From positions 1-64,000 of the forward strand of contig JBHLLP010000013.1 in NCBI GenBank assembly GCA_048885525.1: a stretch of 64,000 nt of DNA, in the 5' to 3' direction. Positions 51,277 through 61,013 of the stretch are shown piece after piece. The notes under the pieces are model-generated. The model saw nothing but the letters and a program-made list of their open reading frames with translations, was not told where the DNA came from and ran no database searches. The first letter of the stretch is position 1. The number at the start of each line of letters is the position of its first letter. The position numbers and the translations under genes were made by a program. Source of the stretch: Candidatus Hermodarchaeota archaeon (lineage in GTDB: Archaea; Asgardarchaeota; Lokiarchaeia; Sigyniarchaeales; SOKP01).

Positions 51277-51839
51277 AATTTATGGTTATTTTGCTATCAA
51301 AAAAAATTTATTATTATTCTTTATAAATTAAAATTTAATAAACCTATCTAATAAAACATTTTTTAATAACCTATTTACTCACAATTTAAAACTAAAGGTA
51401 AGGATGATTATAAAAAAACCTTAAAAGATAATAATCGAATAAAACCCGACTAACACGAGAATAATGCCTGATCTTGACAAACTGACAAAAGTTTATTATA
51501 TTATTAGAGAAAAATCTTTGATAGAATACGTAGAAAAAGTTCTAACAAAATAACTTTTTTGCTATATTCACGGAACCATTATTTCGATAAGATAAATCTT
51601 TTTTTATTGAATTCCTCATAATATTACAAATTTTTTATTCATTAAATTTGATATTTATATGAATAGCTTCAAATTTATTCATTTTAAACCTTTGTCTCTT
51701 ATTAAAAAATTGAATTTTTTTTATTAAATATAACATCTTTTTATATAAATAAGTGTTTAATTAACTTAATTAACAAAAACCACTATTTTTTCACTTAAAA
51801 ATTTGTCTAAAAAACTATAGCTTTATTTTTTGATGCAGG

Positions 51840-53090
51840 ATGGCAAAACAAAAACTTGATATCGGATTCTTCACTTCTATGTATTCTCAAGTTAATGGTA
51901 CTGCAATTGCTTGTAGAAATCTTGCTGAAGCTATTGCTAAATATACTGGACATAATGTTCATGTATTTGCACCTGGAATTGAAAAACCGAAAACTATAAC
52001 TAAAAATTTATATCTCCATAACTTCTTTGGAGCAAAAATTTCTCCCAAAACTGGTTTTGTCCTCAGTTTCCCTCTACATAGATACTTTTTCTGTAACCAT
52101 GATTACCTTGATATTGCTCATATTCACACCCATGCATCATTTGGTTCGATGGCTATTAATTGGGCAAAATATTTAGGTATTCCAATGACAGGAACGCATA
52201 ATTCCCCACTTTCGTTTTATACAGCACAATATATACCAATTTTAGGCAAACTTTTAGCAAGAATGGATTGGGTTTGGCGCTATGAAAGACATGTACTTGA
52301 TAAATATGATCTTGTCTCAGTACCAACGAAATCCAAAAAAGATTTACTTAGAGATCAAAGATTTAAAGAACCTATTGTGTGTTTAACTAATGGAATCTCA
52401 GATTTATATTTTACAGATGTAAAAGAAAATGGAATACGAGATAAATATAATTTAGATAGTAAAAAGATTCTGTTGTACGCATCACGATTATCTCCTGAAA
52501 AACATCAATTAAGCATAATTAAAACTTTTAAGAGTATACAAAAAGAAGTTCCAAATTCACATTTGGTTCTTGTCGGAAGTGATGGACCATCAAGTTCACA
52601 TGTTAAAAAATTGATTAAAAAGAGGCAATACAGAGATAATGTCTCGTATCTTGGTAGAGTGCCATTTACAGACCTACTTAAATTATACAATACAGCCGAC
52701 CTAGCTTGTCTTTGGTCTTGGATTGAAGCAGAAGGTTTAGTGTTGATTGAAGCAATGGCACAAGGTACTACTTGTATAGGAGCAAATGCAACTGGAATTT
52801 CAAATGTAATTCAACATGGCAAAACAGGATATCTTGCTAATAATCTTTATGATTTCAAGGATAGAGTAGTGGAATTATTTAAAGATGACGACTTACGAAC
52901 AGAAATGGGTATGAATGCTAAAATGATTGCTAGGAATTATCGGATTAGCAAAGTAGCCAAAACCTGGATAAAAATTTATAAATTCGTAATTAATGAACTT
53001 TATCCTCTCAGATATTATAAACAAGAACGAAAAAACCGCGTAGAATTAGTGAAGGAATTTATCCGCAAATTGCCTATTGTTTCTTTTTAA
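51840..53090 (+). CDS. Glycosyltransferase family 4
   Basis: QVNG, HIHTH, SRLSPEK and EAEGLVLIEAMAQG. Confidence 0.92.
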   Translation: MAKQKLDIGFFTSMYSQVNGTAIACRNLAEAIAKYTGHNVHVFAPGIEKPKTITKNLYLHNFFGAKISPKTGFVLSFPLHRYFFCNHDYLDIAHIHTHASFGSMAINWAKYLGIPMTGTHNSPLSFYTAQYIPILGKLLARMDWVWRYERHVLDKYDLVSVPTKSKKDLLRDQRFKEPIVCLTNGISDLYFTDVKENGIRDKYNLDSKKILLYASRLSPEKHQLSIIKTFKSIQKEVPNSHLVLVGSDGPSSSHVKKLIKKRQYRDNVSYLGRVPFTDLLKLYNTADLACLWSWIEAEGLVLIEAMAQGTTCIGANATGISNVIQHGKTGYLANNLYDFKDRVVELFKDDDLRTEMGMNAKMIARNYRISKVAKTWIKIYKFVINELYPLRYYKQERKNRVELVKEFIRKLPIVSF

Positions 53091-53103
53091 AAATTTATAA
53101 ATT

Positions 53104-53850
53104 TTAAAAATTATATTTCTTTCTAATCTCATTTAGTTTATTTTTACAATTGATGCAAAATCTATTTGATTTATTATCAATTCCATCTATTTCATTAGAA
53201 AATCGCATAATGCATAAATCATCATTACAGTGGCGGGATCCCAATATTAAATGGCCTACTTCATGGCATATTTCTTTAAGAACTCGATTTTCAAAAAGAT
53301 CTATATTTTCTGGTCTATTATAATATTCTTCTTTTAACTTAAATGAGGAAATTACACCACACCTATGTTTTAAATGAGTTTCGCCATATAAAAATAAAAT
53401 ATTATCATTACTACTTGAATATATTGGAAGATTAGTAATTGCAATTATCATTCCAAGATTTTCTTGAATCCTTTTATCTATTAAGATTTGGTAAAATTTG
53501 TTAGTTGGATGCATTTTAATTTTATTAGATGATTTTTTCATTTCTTTGTATTCCTTTTTTAATCCTTTGGAAAAAAGTTCATTAGAAAAATTATAATCGC
53601 CAAGATTTCTAATATCGAAGAAGAAAGAATCAAATACTTCATTTAAATGAGCTTTAATTTTTTTAAAAAAAGTATTATTAAACTCTCCAAAGAAAAGAAT
53701 TCCTAAATGACATGGTAGTAATATTTTTTCTGATACGACATCTAATAATTCAAATTCTTTTGGATAAGAAATTCCTATTCGCAGAATTACTTTTTTTAAT
53801 TTTTCTTTATATTTCCGGATTTTTTGCTCATATTTTTGAAGTTTTGGCAT
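53104..53850 (-). CDS. Archaemetzincin (peptidase M54)-like Zn metalloprotease
   Basis: KEICHEVGHLILGSRHC....CIM..S....D.K...FCINC. Confidence 0.87.
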   Translation of the reverse strand: MPKLQKYEQKIRKYKEKLKKVILRIGISYPKEFELLDVVSEKILLPCHLGILFFGEFNNTFFKKIKAHLNEVFDSFFFDIRNLGDYNFSNELFSKGLKKEYKEMKKSSNKIKMHPTNKFYQILIDKRIQENLGMIIAITNLPIYSSSNDNILFLYGETHLKHRCGVISSFKLKEEYYNRPENIDLFENRVLKEICHEVGHLILGSRHCNDDLCIMRFSNEIDGIDNKSNRFCINCKNKLNEIRKKYNF

Positions 53851-54004
53851 TATCAGAATAATAAAAGTTACATATTATAATAAATTTCTTGCAACTATAA
53901 AAATATCAGAAGAATGGAGTTTAAATCGTTTTTTATACGATTTGAGAAATTATTAATAATTTAATTTGGAAAAATATATTTTATTTAAATAATTATTCGA
54001 GATT

Positions 54005-54988
54005 ATGGAAGATCTACCTAAGGAAAAGCAAATTATCAAAAAGGATTTTATTCCTCACTTTTTTCCAACTTATAGAGTTAAAAGAAAATTGTATCCAATA
54101 CCGATTATTCTCGTAGTCGCTATAGCAGGAATTTTAGCATACTTAACTTATATTGAAGCCGAAATTCGGATAGATGGTGGATACTTTTCTGAAAGTGAGT
54201 TGGGCGCATTAGGAGGGCTTTTAAATGGTTTAATTTATACTGGATTAGCAGTAGTCTCAGCATTTATAATAATTTTTATTATTAAAAGAAAGGGTATAAA
54301 TGTTTTAATGTACATCTTTGGCTTTAGCTTTGGATTAATTGGATTTTTTCAAACATATTTTTTTGGATATATAATAATATACTTGTTATTTAATAGATTA
54401 CCTTACTTTTTCTATTTATTTTACTACGAGTTAATCATTCTCGCAGCAGCTTTTACAATTCTAATGCTTTATCTCTATTTCACTTCAACATCAATAAAAA
54501 TTAAGAATTTTATTGTCCTTTATATTGGACTGTTAATTGGGGCATCGATGGGTGTTTTAATGCCTCTTTGGACTACTTTGGCAATCCTAATAGGGATTTC
54601 GTGTTGGGATATTTTCGCTGTGTTTTATAAACATGGACCAATCAAGCAACTGATCGATATCGCTTCAAATCCCCAGGAAGGAGATGTTTTATCAGAACCA
54701 GAATTAAAACTAAAAATAGAAACTGGAGAATATGAGTATGATACTTCGAAACTAGAGATTGGAATTGGTGATTTAGCTTTTTATAGTATGCTTACTTCTA
54801 GCGCGCTTGTTCAATCCAATAATGTAATTGTGATGTTTTTAACTTCCTTAGCAATAATTATTGGGACAGGGATTACAATTTCAGGATTAAAACGAAATAA
54901 ACTTTTACCCGGACTCCCTATTTCAATTTTTTTAGGAATAGGAATAATGTTACTCTCGTGGTATTTAATCTCAACTTTTTTCATTTAA
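54005..54988 (+). CDS. Presenilin-family GxGD intramembrane aspartyl protease
   Basis: ISCWDIFAV...GPIK, GIGDLAFYSML and LPGLPISI motifs, with about 9 TM helices. Confidence 0.9.
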   Translation: MEDLPKEKQIIKKDFIPHFFPTYRVKRKLYPIPIILVVAIAGILAYLTYIEAEIRIDGGYFSESELGALGGLLNGLIYTGLAVVSAFIIIFIIKRKGINVLMYIFGFSFGLIGFFQTYFFGYIIIYLLFNRLPYFFYLFYYELIILAAAFTILMLYLYFTSTSIKIKNFIVLYIGLLIGASMGVLMPLWTTLAILIGISCWDIFAVFYKHGPIKQLIDIASNPQEGDVLSEPELKLKIETGEYEYDTSKLEIGIGDLAFYSMLTSSALVQSNNVIVMFLTSLAIIIGTGITISGLKRNKLLPGLPISIFLGIGIMLLSWYLISTFFI

Positions 54989-55024
54989 TAGGTATCATTT
55001 TTCTTAGAATTAAATTTTAATTTT

Positions 55025-56257
55025 ATGTTTAAATTAAAATTATTGGTAGATATATCGAGAATTAAAATTATGATTGATATAAATAATATAAAAACGGTTG
55101 CGGTAATAGGAGCTGGGACAATGGGTCATGAAATTGCTCAAGTCGCTTTAATGGGCGGCTTTAATCCAGTAATACTAAATGATCTAAACAATGATATTCT
55201 TAAGAGAGCAGCAAACAAAATTGAAAGTGGTTTAAGAAGATTGGAAGTTAAAGGAAAGCTAAAAGAAAGCTTTACAGCTTCTAACCTAATGGAACATTTG
55301 ATAATAGAAGAAGATCTAAAAAAAGCTGTATCAAACGCAGACTTTGTTTTTGAAGCAATTCCAGAAATCATGGAACTTAAGCAAGAACTTTTTAAGAAAT
55401 TAGGAATTCTTACCCCCGAACATACTATTTTGGCAACAAATACATCAACAATGAGTATTACGGAGATTGCTTCCCGCTCTGGCCGCCATAATAAAGTAAT
55501 TGGATGCCATTTTTTCACACCTATAGTTGTACTCAGATTAATTGAAATCACTAAGGGTGATAAAACTTCAATAGAAACTGTTGAAATTACTAGAAAGGTT
55601 TGTCAAAGATTCCCTGCCCTTAAAGGAAAGAGATTCCTACCCGTTCTTGAGAAAGAAAGTCCAGGTTTTATTGTCAATCGACTTACAATAGGAAACAGTG
55701 CTTATTTGAATTGGTTACTTGATTATGCAATTGAAAACAATATTCCTTTAGAACAAATAGATGCAGATACAAAAGAGTTTATGGAGATTGGACCTTTTGC
55801 AAGATGGGACTATTTAGGTCTTGATATTATTTATAATGTCATGAAATATTTTGAAGAAGTTTTGTCTCCTCAATTTGCACCAGGAAAAACTTTAACTAAA
55901 TTAGTGCATGAAGGGCATTTAGGAAGGAAAAATGGGAAAGGACTTTTTGAATGGAAGGATGGAAAACCAATTATAAATAAGGATATTAAGGCTGGACTTT
56001 ATAATCTTGATCTTTCAATGGCTATTCAATTGAATGAAGGATGTAAACTTTTAGAAGAGGGTATAGTCTCGAATTATAAATTAATTGATGATTCAATGAT
56101 TGCTGGAATGGATATGCCGGGACCATTTAGCTCAGGAAAAAGAAATTATAAGAAATGGAGTAAATTATTAGAAGATTTTGTAGAAAAATCAGGATTAACT
56201 TATTTATCTCCTTGTGAGTTAATGAAGTCAGGTAAATTTATTCAAATGCGGAAATAA
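55025..56257 (+). CDS. 3-hydroxyacyl-CoA dehydrogenase
   Basis: GAGTMG, EAIPE, ATNTST, HFF, PGFIVNR and a duplicated C-terminal domain. The likely start is the second Met. Confidence 0.92.
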   Translation: MFKLKLLVDISRIKIMIDINNIKTVAVIGAGTMGHEIAQVALMGGFNPVILNDLNNDILKRAANKIESGLRRLEVKGKLKESFTASNLMEHLIIEEDLKKAVSNADFVFEAIPEIMELKQELFKKLGILTPEHTILATNTSTMSITEIASRSGRHNKVIGCHFFTPIVVLRLIEITKGDKTSIETVEITRKVCQRFPALKGKRFLPVLEKESPGFIVNRLTIGNSAYLNWLLDYAIENNIPLEQIDADTKEFMEIGPFARWDYLGLDIIYNVMKYFEEVLSPQFAPGKTLTKLVHEGHLGRKNGKGLFEWKDGKPIINKDIKAGLYNLDLSMAIQLNEGCKLLEEGIVSNYKLIDDSMIAGMDMPGPFSSGKRNYKKWSKLLEDFVEKSGLTYLSPCELMKSGKFIQMRK

Positions 56258-56277
56258 TAGAATAATAAAGATTGGGA

Positions 56278-57543
56278 TTAAACCCATAAATTTAACCCAG
56301 AATCTTTAATAAATTCGGGTATTGCTCTTATTTTATTTTCTCCTAAGTCCAAAAACTCTAAAAATTCTAATTCTTTTATTGATTTGGGAATAAATTTAAC
56401 ATTATTCCTCCTTAAATCTAAATGTTTTAACGCAAGAAGATCTTTGATATAAATTGGAATTTTTGTTATATTCTGATCCCTTAGAACGAGTTCTTCAAGA
56501 TTTTTTAAAAAACATAATTGTTTTGGAATATAATTTATCTGGAAACTGTGATATCCGTATAAGTAAATCCCAACAATGTTTCCATCCGCATTTAGTTTAT
56601 ACTCACAGGCATATAATTTAAATTTCTTTTCTTTTTTTTTTACTTTATTTAATTTTATTCCCGTTAGAACTTCTAAAAAGCCTAGAATTGGAGCTTCATT
56701 AAAAATAACTCCTTCATTTATATATTTATCAGCAAAATTTTGTCTAATTAATTTGAAGAATGATTTAGGAATCTCCTCCATTAGAGTATTATTAGTATAA
56801 CTTAATCTTTCTAATGACTTTAGCTTGTCCCATTGTATGTCTGGGAACTTTTCAAAATTATTCCAATCTAAGTATAAATATTTTAAAGCAGAGAGGGATT
56901 CAATTGAATCTGGTATTGTTGTTAAACTATTATCCCATAAATTTAGGTGCTCTAAATGTGATAAAGCTCCAATAGAAGATGGTAATTTAATAAGCTTTTT
57001 TCCAGCAAAATCTAAAGCTGTTATATGTTTATTTTTTTTCACAGGTTTAAAAAAACCAACCTCTAAATTAGGACTTAATATACTTTCTATTTCTAATAAA
57101 AAATCTGCTTCTTTTGGATTAACTTCATAAATATTCGAAATCCTTTCTTGTAGAGTTTTTTCTAAGCGTTCAAAAATTTGTTTTCTAGAATGTTTCAATA
57201 AATTAAAAAGAGTACTTAATACTAAAATTGATTTATCATTTTGAATTATCCAATTCAATGGATTAATACATATTTTTGGGAATTGATAAAAGAGGATTTT
57301 AGCAGCAACACTTCGCATTAATGGATTTTCATCTGAGATTAAATAATTTTCAACAATTTTGTAATTTTCTTCATTTTTAATAATAATTTTTCCCAATACT
57401 TCCATACATTTAACTCTATTATCAAGATTATCGCTACTCTCGATTAACGAAATGAGTAGTCCATTAGCTTCCACTTTACTTAATTTGTTCTTATTTAGAT
57501 CAATAATAATTTGTTCTAATGTCTTGGATTTACTCATAATCAT
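56278..57543 (-). CDS. HEAT + leucine-rich repeat protein
   Basis: N-terminal DENPLMRSVAA HEAT-like segment and two blocks of LxxLxxLxLxxN repeats. Confidence 0.88.
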   Translation of the reverse strand: MIMSKSKTLEQIIIDLNKNKLSKVEANGLLISLIESSDNLDNRVKCMEVLGKIIIKNEENYKIVENYLISDENPLMRSVAAKILFYQFPKICINPLNWIIQNDKSILVLSTLFNLLKHSRKQIFERLEKTLQERISNIYEVNPKEADFLLEIESILSPNLEVGFFKPVKKNKHITALDFAGKKLIKLPSSIGALSHLEHLNLWDNSLTTIPDSIESLSALKYLYLDWNNFEKFPDIQWDKLKSLERLSYTNNTLMEEIPKSFFKLIRQNFADKYINEGVIFNEAPILGFLEVLTGIKLNKVKKKEKKFKLYACEYKLNADGNIVGIYLYGYHSFQINYIPKQLCFLKNLEELVLRDQNITKIPIYIKDLLALKHLDLRRNNVKFIPKSIKELEFLEFLDLGENKIRAIPEFIKDSGLNLWV

Positions 57544-57584
57544 ATTTCATAGATTTGGATAATTAGTAATGTTAACTCAAGCTC

Positions 57585-57627
57585 AAACAAACATTAATCA
57601 ATAATAACAAATTATAAATGTTTGTTT
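57585..57627. promoter_or_regulatory. 11-bp perfect inverted repeat AAACAAACATT-N21-AATGTTTGTTT overlapping a TATA-like TTATAAA; candidate operator
   Basis: Arms at 57585-57595 and 57617-57627, between the divergent LRR and HTH genes. Confidence 0.5.
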
Positions 57628-57679
57628 TTTAAAAGAAAAAAGATTATATGAATAATAAGCTCATTAAACTTTAACTATT

Positions 57680-57958
57680 ATGACTGAAGAAGAAAGTTCT
57701 CCTAAAACGGGCTTCGAAAAAATAATTGAGTATTTTAATAAAAATCTTGACTTAAACCACCCTATTGCCATCGCAAAAATTGTTGAAGATACAGGTTTTT
57801 CTTGGAGTTTTGTTAAAAAGACTTTAGCAAAAATAAAGGAACAATATGATGGATTCCATTTTGAAAAATCTGGAAATACATGGATTATATGGAAAGATCG
57901 TAATCATCTTATAAAAAAATTGGATGAAACTTGTTCTAGTTTATTAGATGAGACTTAA
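57680..57958 (+). CDS. Small winged-helix/HTH domain protein
   Basis: IAKIVEDTGFSWSFVKKTL HTH followed by a beta-hairpin wing. Confidence 0.7.
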   Translation: MTEEESSPKTGFEKIIEYFNKNLDLNHPIAIAKIVEDTGFSWSFVKKTLAKIKEQYDGFHFEKSGNTWIIWKDRNHLIKKLDETCSSLLDET

Positions 57959-58097
57959 AAACGCCTGTTAAAAATATTTATCTTTTTCTAAATTCTATAA
58001 AAGATGAATCTAAAAGTCTTTCTTAAAAATTAGACTGTTGATTGTTAATATACAATGTTGGCAAAATTTTTAGTAATAAATTTAAATTAAAAATGAA

Positions 58098-60077
58098 TTG
58101 ATATATATTATGAAATTCAATCAAAAAAACCTTGTAGAATTAATTATTGCAATAGTATTTTTTATGTCTTCATCCACTATCCTAATCTCCTCTAATAATA
58201 TTCACGCAAATAATTTCAAGGATGAAAATACCTTAACAGATCAACCAATCTTATCTGATTATGAGCAATTTATACAAGGAAATTTTTCTGGATATGAATT
58301 CTCAAATTATAATCTATCTGTATATCTTGATGAAGACACATCTACGGTTGCGGGGAATTTAACTCTTGATTATTATAATGACGATCCAGTAAATTTTACT
58401 CGGATTCCATTTCATATTTATGCTTCTGGAATGGAATATGACGTTAGACCGGGATATATCGAAATATTGAATGTAACCACCTTAGAAGCTCCTAAAGAAC
58501 AATTAGATTATGATTTCTATTCTAATATTCAATTAATGTGGGTTAATTTAACAGAGACACTAGAACCGGGGAACCGTACTTCTTTTATTATATCATTCAA
58601 TACAACTCTTCCTGATGGGGGAATAGATCGTGCAAATGAACATGGTTGGGATCATAATGAAACTCGTATTTTCAAGTTTGCAAATTGTTATCCCCAACCT
58701 TGTGTGTATGATGAATTTGATGGCTGGAACATTGATCCTTATATCTTGACTGGTGATCCTTTCTATTTTGACATGGCTTATTATGATTTAATCGTTAATG
58801 TACCTGAGAATATGACAGTAGCTGCTACAGGAGAACTGATAGAAAATAAAACTATAGGAGAGAGAACAATTCACCACTTCAATCCACATCTCCCAGTTCG
58901 AGAAATAACATTTTCAGCATCCCGCTATTTTATAGTAGAATCTAGGATCATTCCTGAAATCAATGTAACTGTTTCTAGTTATTTTCTTCCAAAATCGAAT
59001 TGGTTGTGGCATAAATTAGCATTAGACGTAGCAATTAATTCTGGTTCGCTATTCCATACGACATTCGGAAATTATTGTTATTCAACTTTTAACATTGTTC
59101 AAGAATATACACATCATGGAGGTATGGAATACCCATTACAAGTATATGCTGCAGAAGCAGCAGATTATCGTTCTGATGCTTTCTGGTTTCTTGAGACCGT
59201 TATATCTCATGAAACAGCACATCAATGGTTTTATAATCTCCTAGGTGTTGATGAAGTTGATTGGGGGTTTCTTGATGAAGGAATAGTATGTTGGGTTACA
59301 GATTGGTATAAAGATGTTTTTCATCCAGATTGGTACATATTTAGTCCTTACTGGGGCTTAGAAAGCGTTAGACATTACTCGTTGGACCATGGGTTACCAA
59401 ATAAAATTAATCAATCAATTCCCGATTGTTTAGCAAGTGGTACTAATTATTGGTATTTAGGTTATACAAAAACAAATACTATTCTCGAAAAACTAAGGTG
59501 TACATTAGGTCATGAAAAATTTATAGAGGGACTTGCATTATTCTTCCAGGAGTATTATTTTGACATAGCTGATTTATCAGATTTTCAAAATGCATTTGAA
59601 ACAGTTACAGGTGACTCTCTTGATTGGTTCTTCAATCCTTGGTTTGATAATCCTTACCTTCCTAAATATAGTTTCACTAACATTATATACGATGCTGCTA
59701 GTAATTTAATTAATATTACAATTGAAGATGTTAATGAAAATCTAAACCCGTTCAGTTATTCACAACTTATTCCTATCACGATCTATAGTAGTGGTTCAGC
59801 TATAGAATATTCTAGTTATAATTGGATTAACGGAACGACTTCCATAATTATTCCTATTCAAAATAAACCCATAAAGGTAAGATTAAATTATACAGATTTT
59901 GTTCTTGTACAATTTTCAGACTATAATTTAGATTATTTAGAGACTACAGTTATTACCATTATAAACGAAAGACGACCAAGAATTACCGGTTATAACATTT
60001 GGATTATCATAATTGCTTTTGGAGTTTTAGGACTAATAATTCTCTACAAAAAACCTAATTTTCTCAAAAATAAATAA
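58098..60077 (+). CDS. Secreted, membrane-anchored M1 family aminopeptidase with Loki-CTERM-like tail
   Basis: Signal peptide, GGMEY, HETAH...LDEG, and C-terminal ITGYN + TM + basic cluster. Confidence 0.88.
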   Translation: MIYIMKFNQKNLVELIIAIVFFMSSSTILISSNNIHANNFKDENTLTDQPILSDYEQFIQGNFSGYEFSNYNLSVYLDEDTSTVAGNLTLDYYNDDPVNFTRIPFHIYASGMEYDVRPGYIEILNVTTLEAPKEQLDYDFYSNIQLMWVNLTETLEPGNRTSFIISFNTTLPDGGIDRANEHGWDHNETRIFKFANCYPQPCVYDEFDGWNIDPYILTGDPFYFDMAYYDLIVNVPENMTVAATGELIENKTIGERTIHHFNPHLPVREITFSASRYFIVESRIIPEINVTVSSYFLPKSNWLWHKLALDVAINSGSLFHTTFGNYCYSTFNIVQEYTHHGGMEYPLQVYAAEAADYRSDAFWFLETVISHETAHQWFYNLLGVDEVDWGFLDEGIVCWVTDWYKDVFHPDWYIFSPYWGLESVRHYSLDHGLPNKINQSIPDCLASGTNYWYLGYTKTNTILEKLRCTLGHEKFIEGLALFFQEYYFDIADLSDFQNAFETVTGDSLDWFFNPWFDNPYLPKYSFTNIIYDAASNLINITIEDVNENLNPFSYSQLIPITIYSSGSAIEYSSYNWINGTTSIIIPIQNKPIKVRLNYTDFVLVQFSDYNLDYLETTVITIINERRPRITGYNIWIIIIAFGVLGLIILYKKPNFLKNK

Positions 60078-60079
60078 TA

Positions 60080-60244
60080 CTACTTTTTTTTTTCTAATTT
60101 AGTTTGAATATATTTGTATAAACTGAGTAGTTCTTCAAGGCTACATCTATCTATTAAATCCAATAGATTTTCTGACCATGATTCTGTACATTGCTCACAT
60201 TCAAATACAAAATCAAGCTTATCTTTTTTTTCTTTACTTTTCAT
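60080..60244 (-). CDS. Small hypothetical protein (54 aa) with CxxC, not in ORF track
   Basis: MKSKEKKDKLDFVFECEQCTESWSENLLDLIDRCSLEELLSLYKYIQTKLEKKK, with GTGTGA upstream and a stop abutting the convergent M1 peptidase gene. Confidence 0.6.
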   Translation of the reverse strand: MKSKEKKDKLDFVFECEQCTESWSENLLDLIDRCSLEELLSLYKYIQTKLEKKK

Positions 60245-60288
60245 TTCACACGACTTTTATCTATTTGGTATTTTAAGTAGGAATTCTA

Positions 60289-60519
60289 TTAGAAATATAA
60301 CCTACAACGGATATTCAAAAGATCTTCTCTTTTTGTTGAAAAGACATTAACTCCTTGTTTTCTTCTAAAATTTCTCTTATTTAGAGGATTAATTTCTACA
60401 ACTCTAAAAAATAATTGATTAGCTTTTACCCATAAGCGATCTATCATAACATTTATTTTATCTTCTGTTCCAGTGCTATACATTTGAAACGCTGAAAGTA
60501 TTTGTAAATTCGACTCCAT
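60289..60519 (-). CDS. Small hypothetical protein (76 aa)
   Basis: ATG-initiated ORF with plausible beta-rich composition, co-oriented with the 54-aa ORF. Confidence 0.6.
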   Translation of the reverse strand: MESNLQILSAFQMYSTGTEDKINVMIDRLWVKANQLFFRVVEINPLNKRNFRRKQGVNVFSTKREDLLNIRCRLYF

Positions 60520-61013
60520 ACTTTTTTATTTATATATACCAATTTAAACTACTGTTTTTAAAGAAAAAAAATTGATTAATTTGAAATTGTAATTGGCTTA
60601 ATCGAAAATTTAATTTTAGAAAGGATTCATGTAATACAAAAACCTTATTTGTCACCCTCCTCCCATCGGTATCTATATCACAGAAACTAACCTTACTATA
60701 TTTTTATTGCAGAATTTTTGAATCAATTGAAAATTTATCATCTACCTTTATAGATGATTATAATTCAATTGAAATTATTTTATTTAAAATCCACAAATTT
60801 TTTGAAAAATTAGCAAAGGTATAAAAAAAGGTCCTACTTAAATTATTAGGGATATTTACCAAATTCTCTAATTACTTCAACATGAAAGATTATTGTATTA
60901 AACACTACTAATCATATTATTGTAGTTTTCATTGTATCTATTCATATATTGAAGAGTGTGAAATTTCAAACTTTAAAAACTTTGAAAAATTGATCTAATT
61001 ATTAAAAACAAAT

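Noticed and set aside
51400-51553. Possible C/D-box sRNA (GGATGA...CTGA) or a 29-aa ORF (MPDLDKLTKVYY...)
   Set aside because: The C box is imperfect, there are no convincing D'/C' boxes or guide sequences, and the ORF is too short to support.
60114-60350. 78-aa plus-strand ORF
   Set aside because: Ser/Phe/Leu-rich antisense shadow of the two more plausible minus-strand small ORFs.
60640-60700. GC-richer patch with GGAGGAGG on the minus strand
   Set aside because: The SD-like run directly abuts a GTG with no spacing, the ORF is not protein-like, and no tRNA or sRNA fold is evident.
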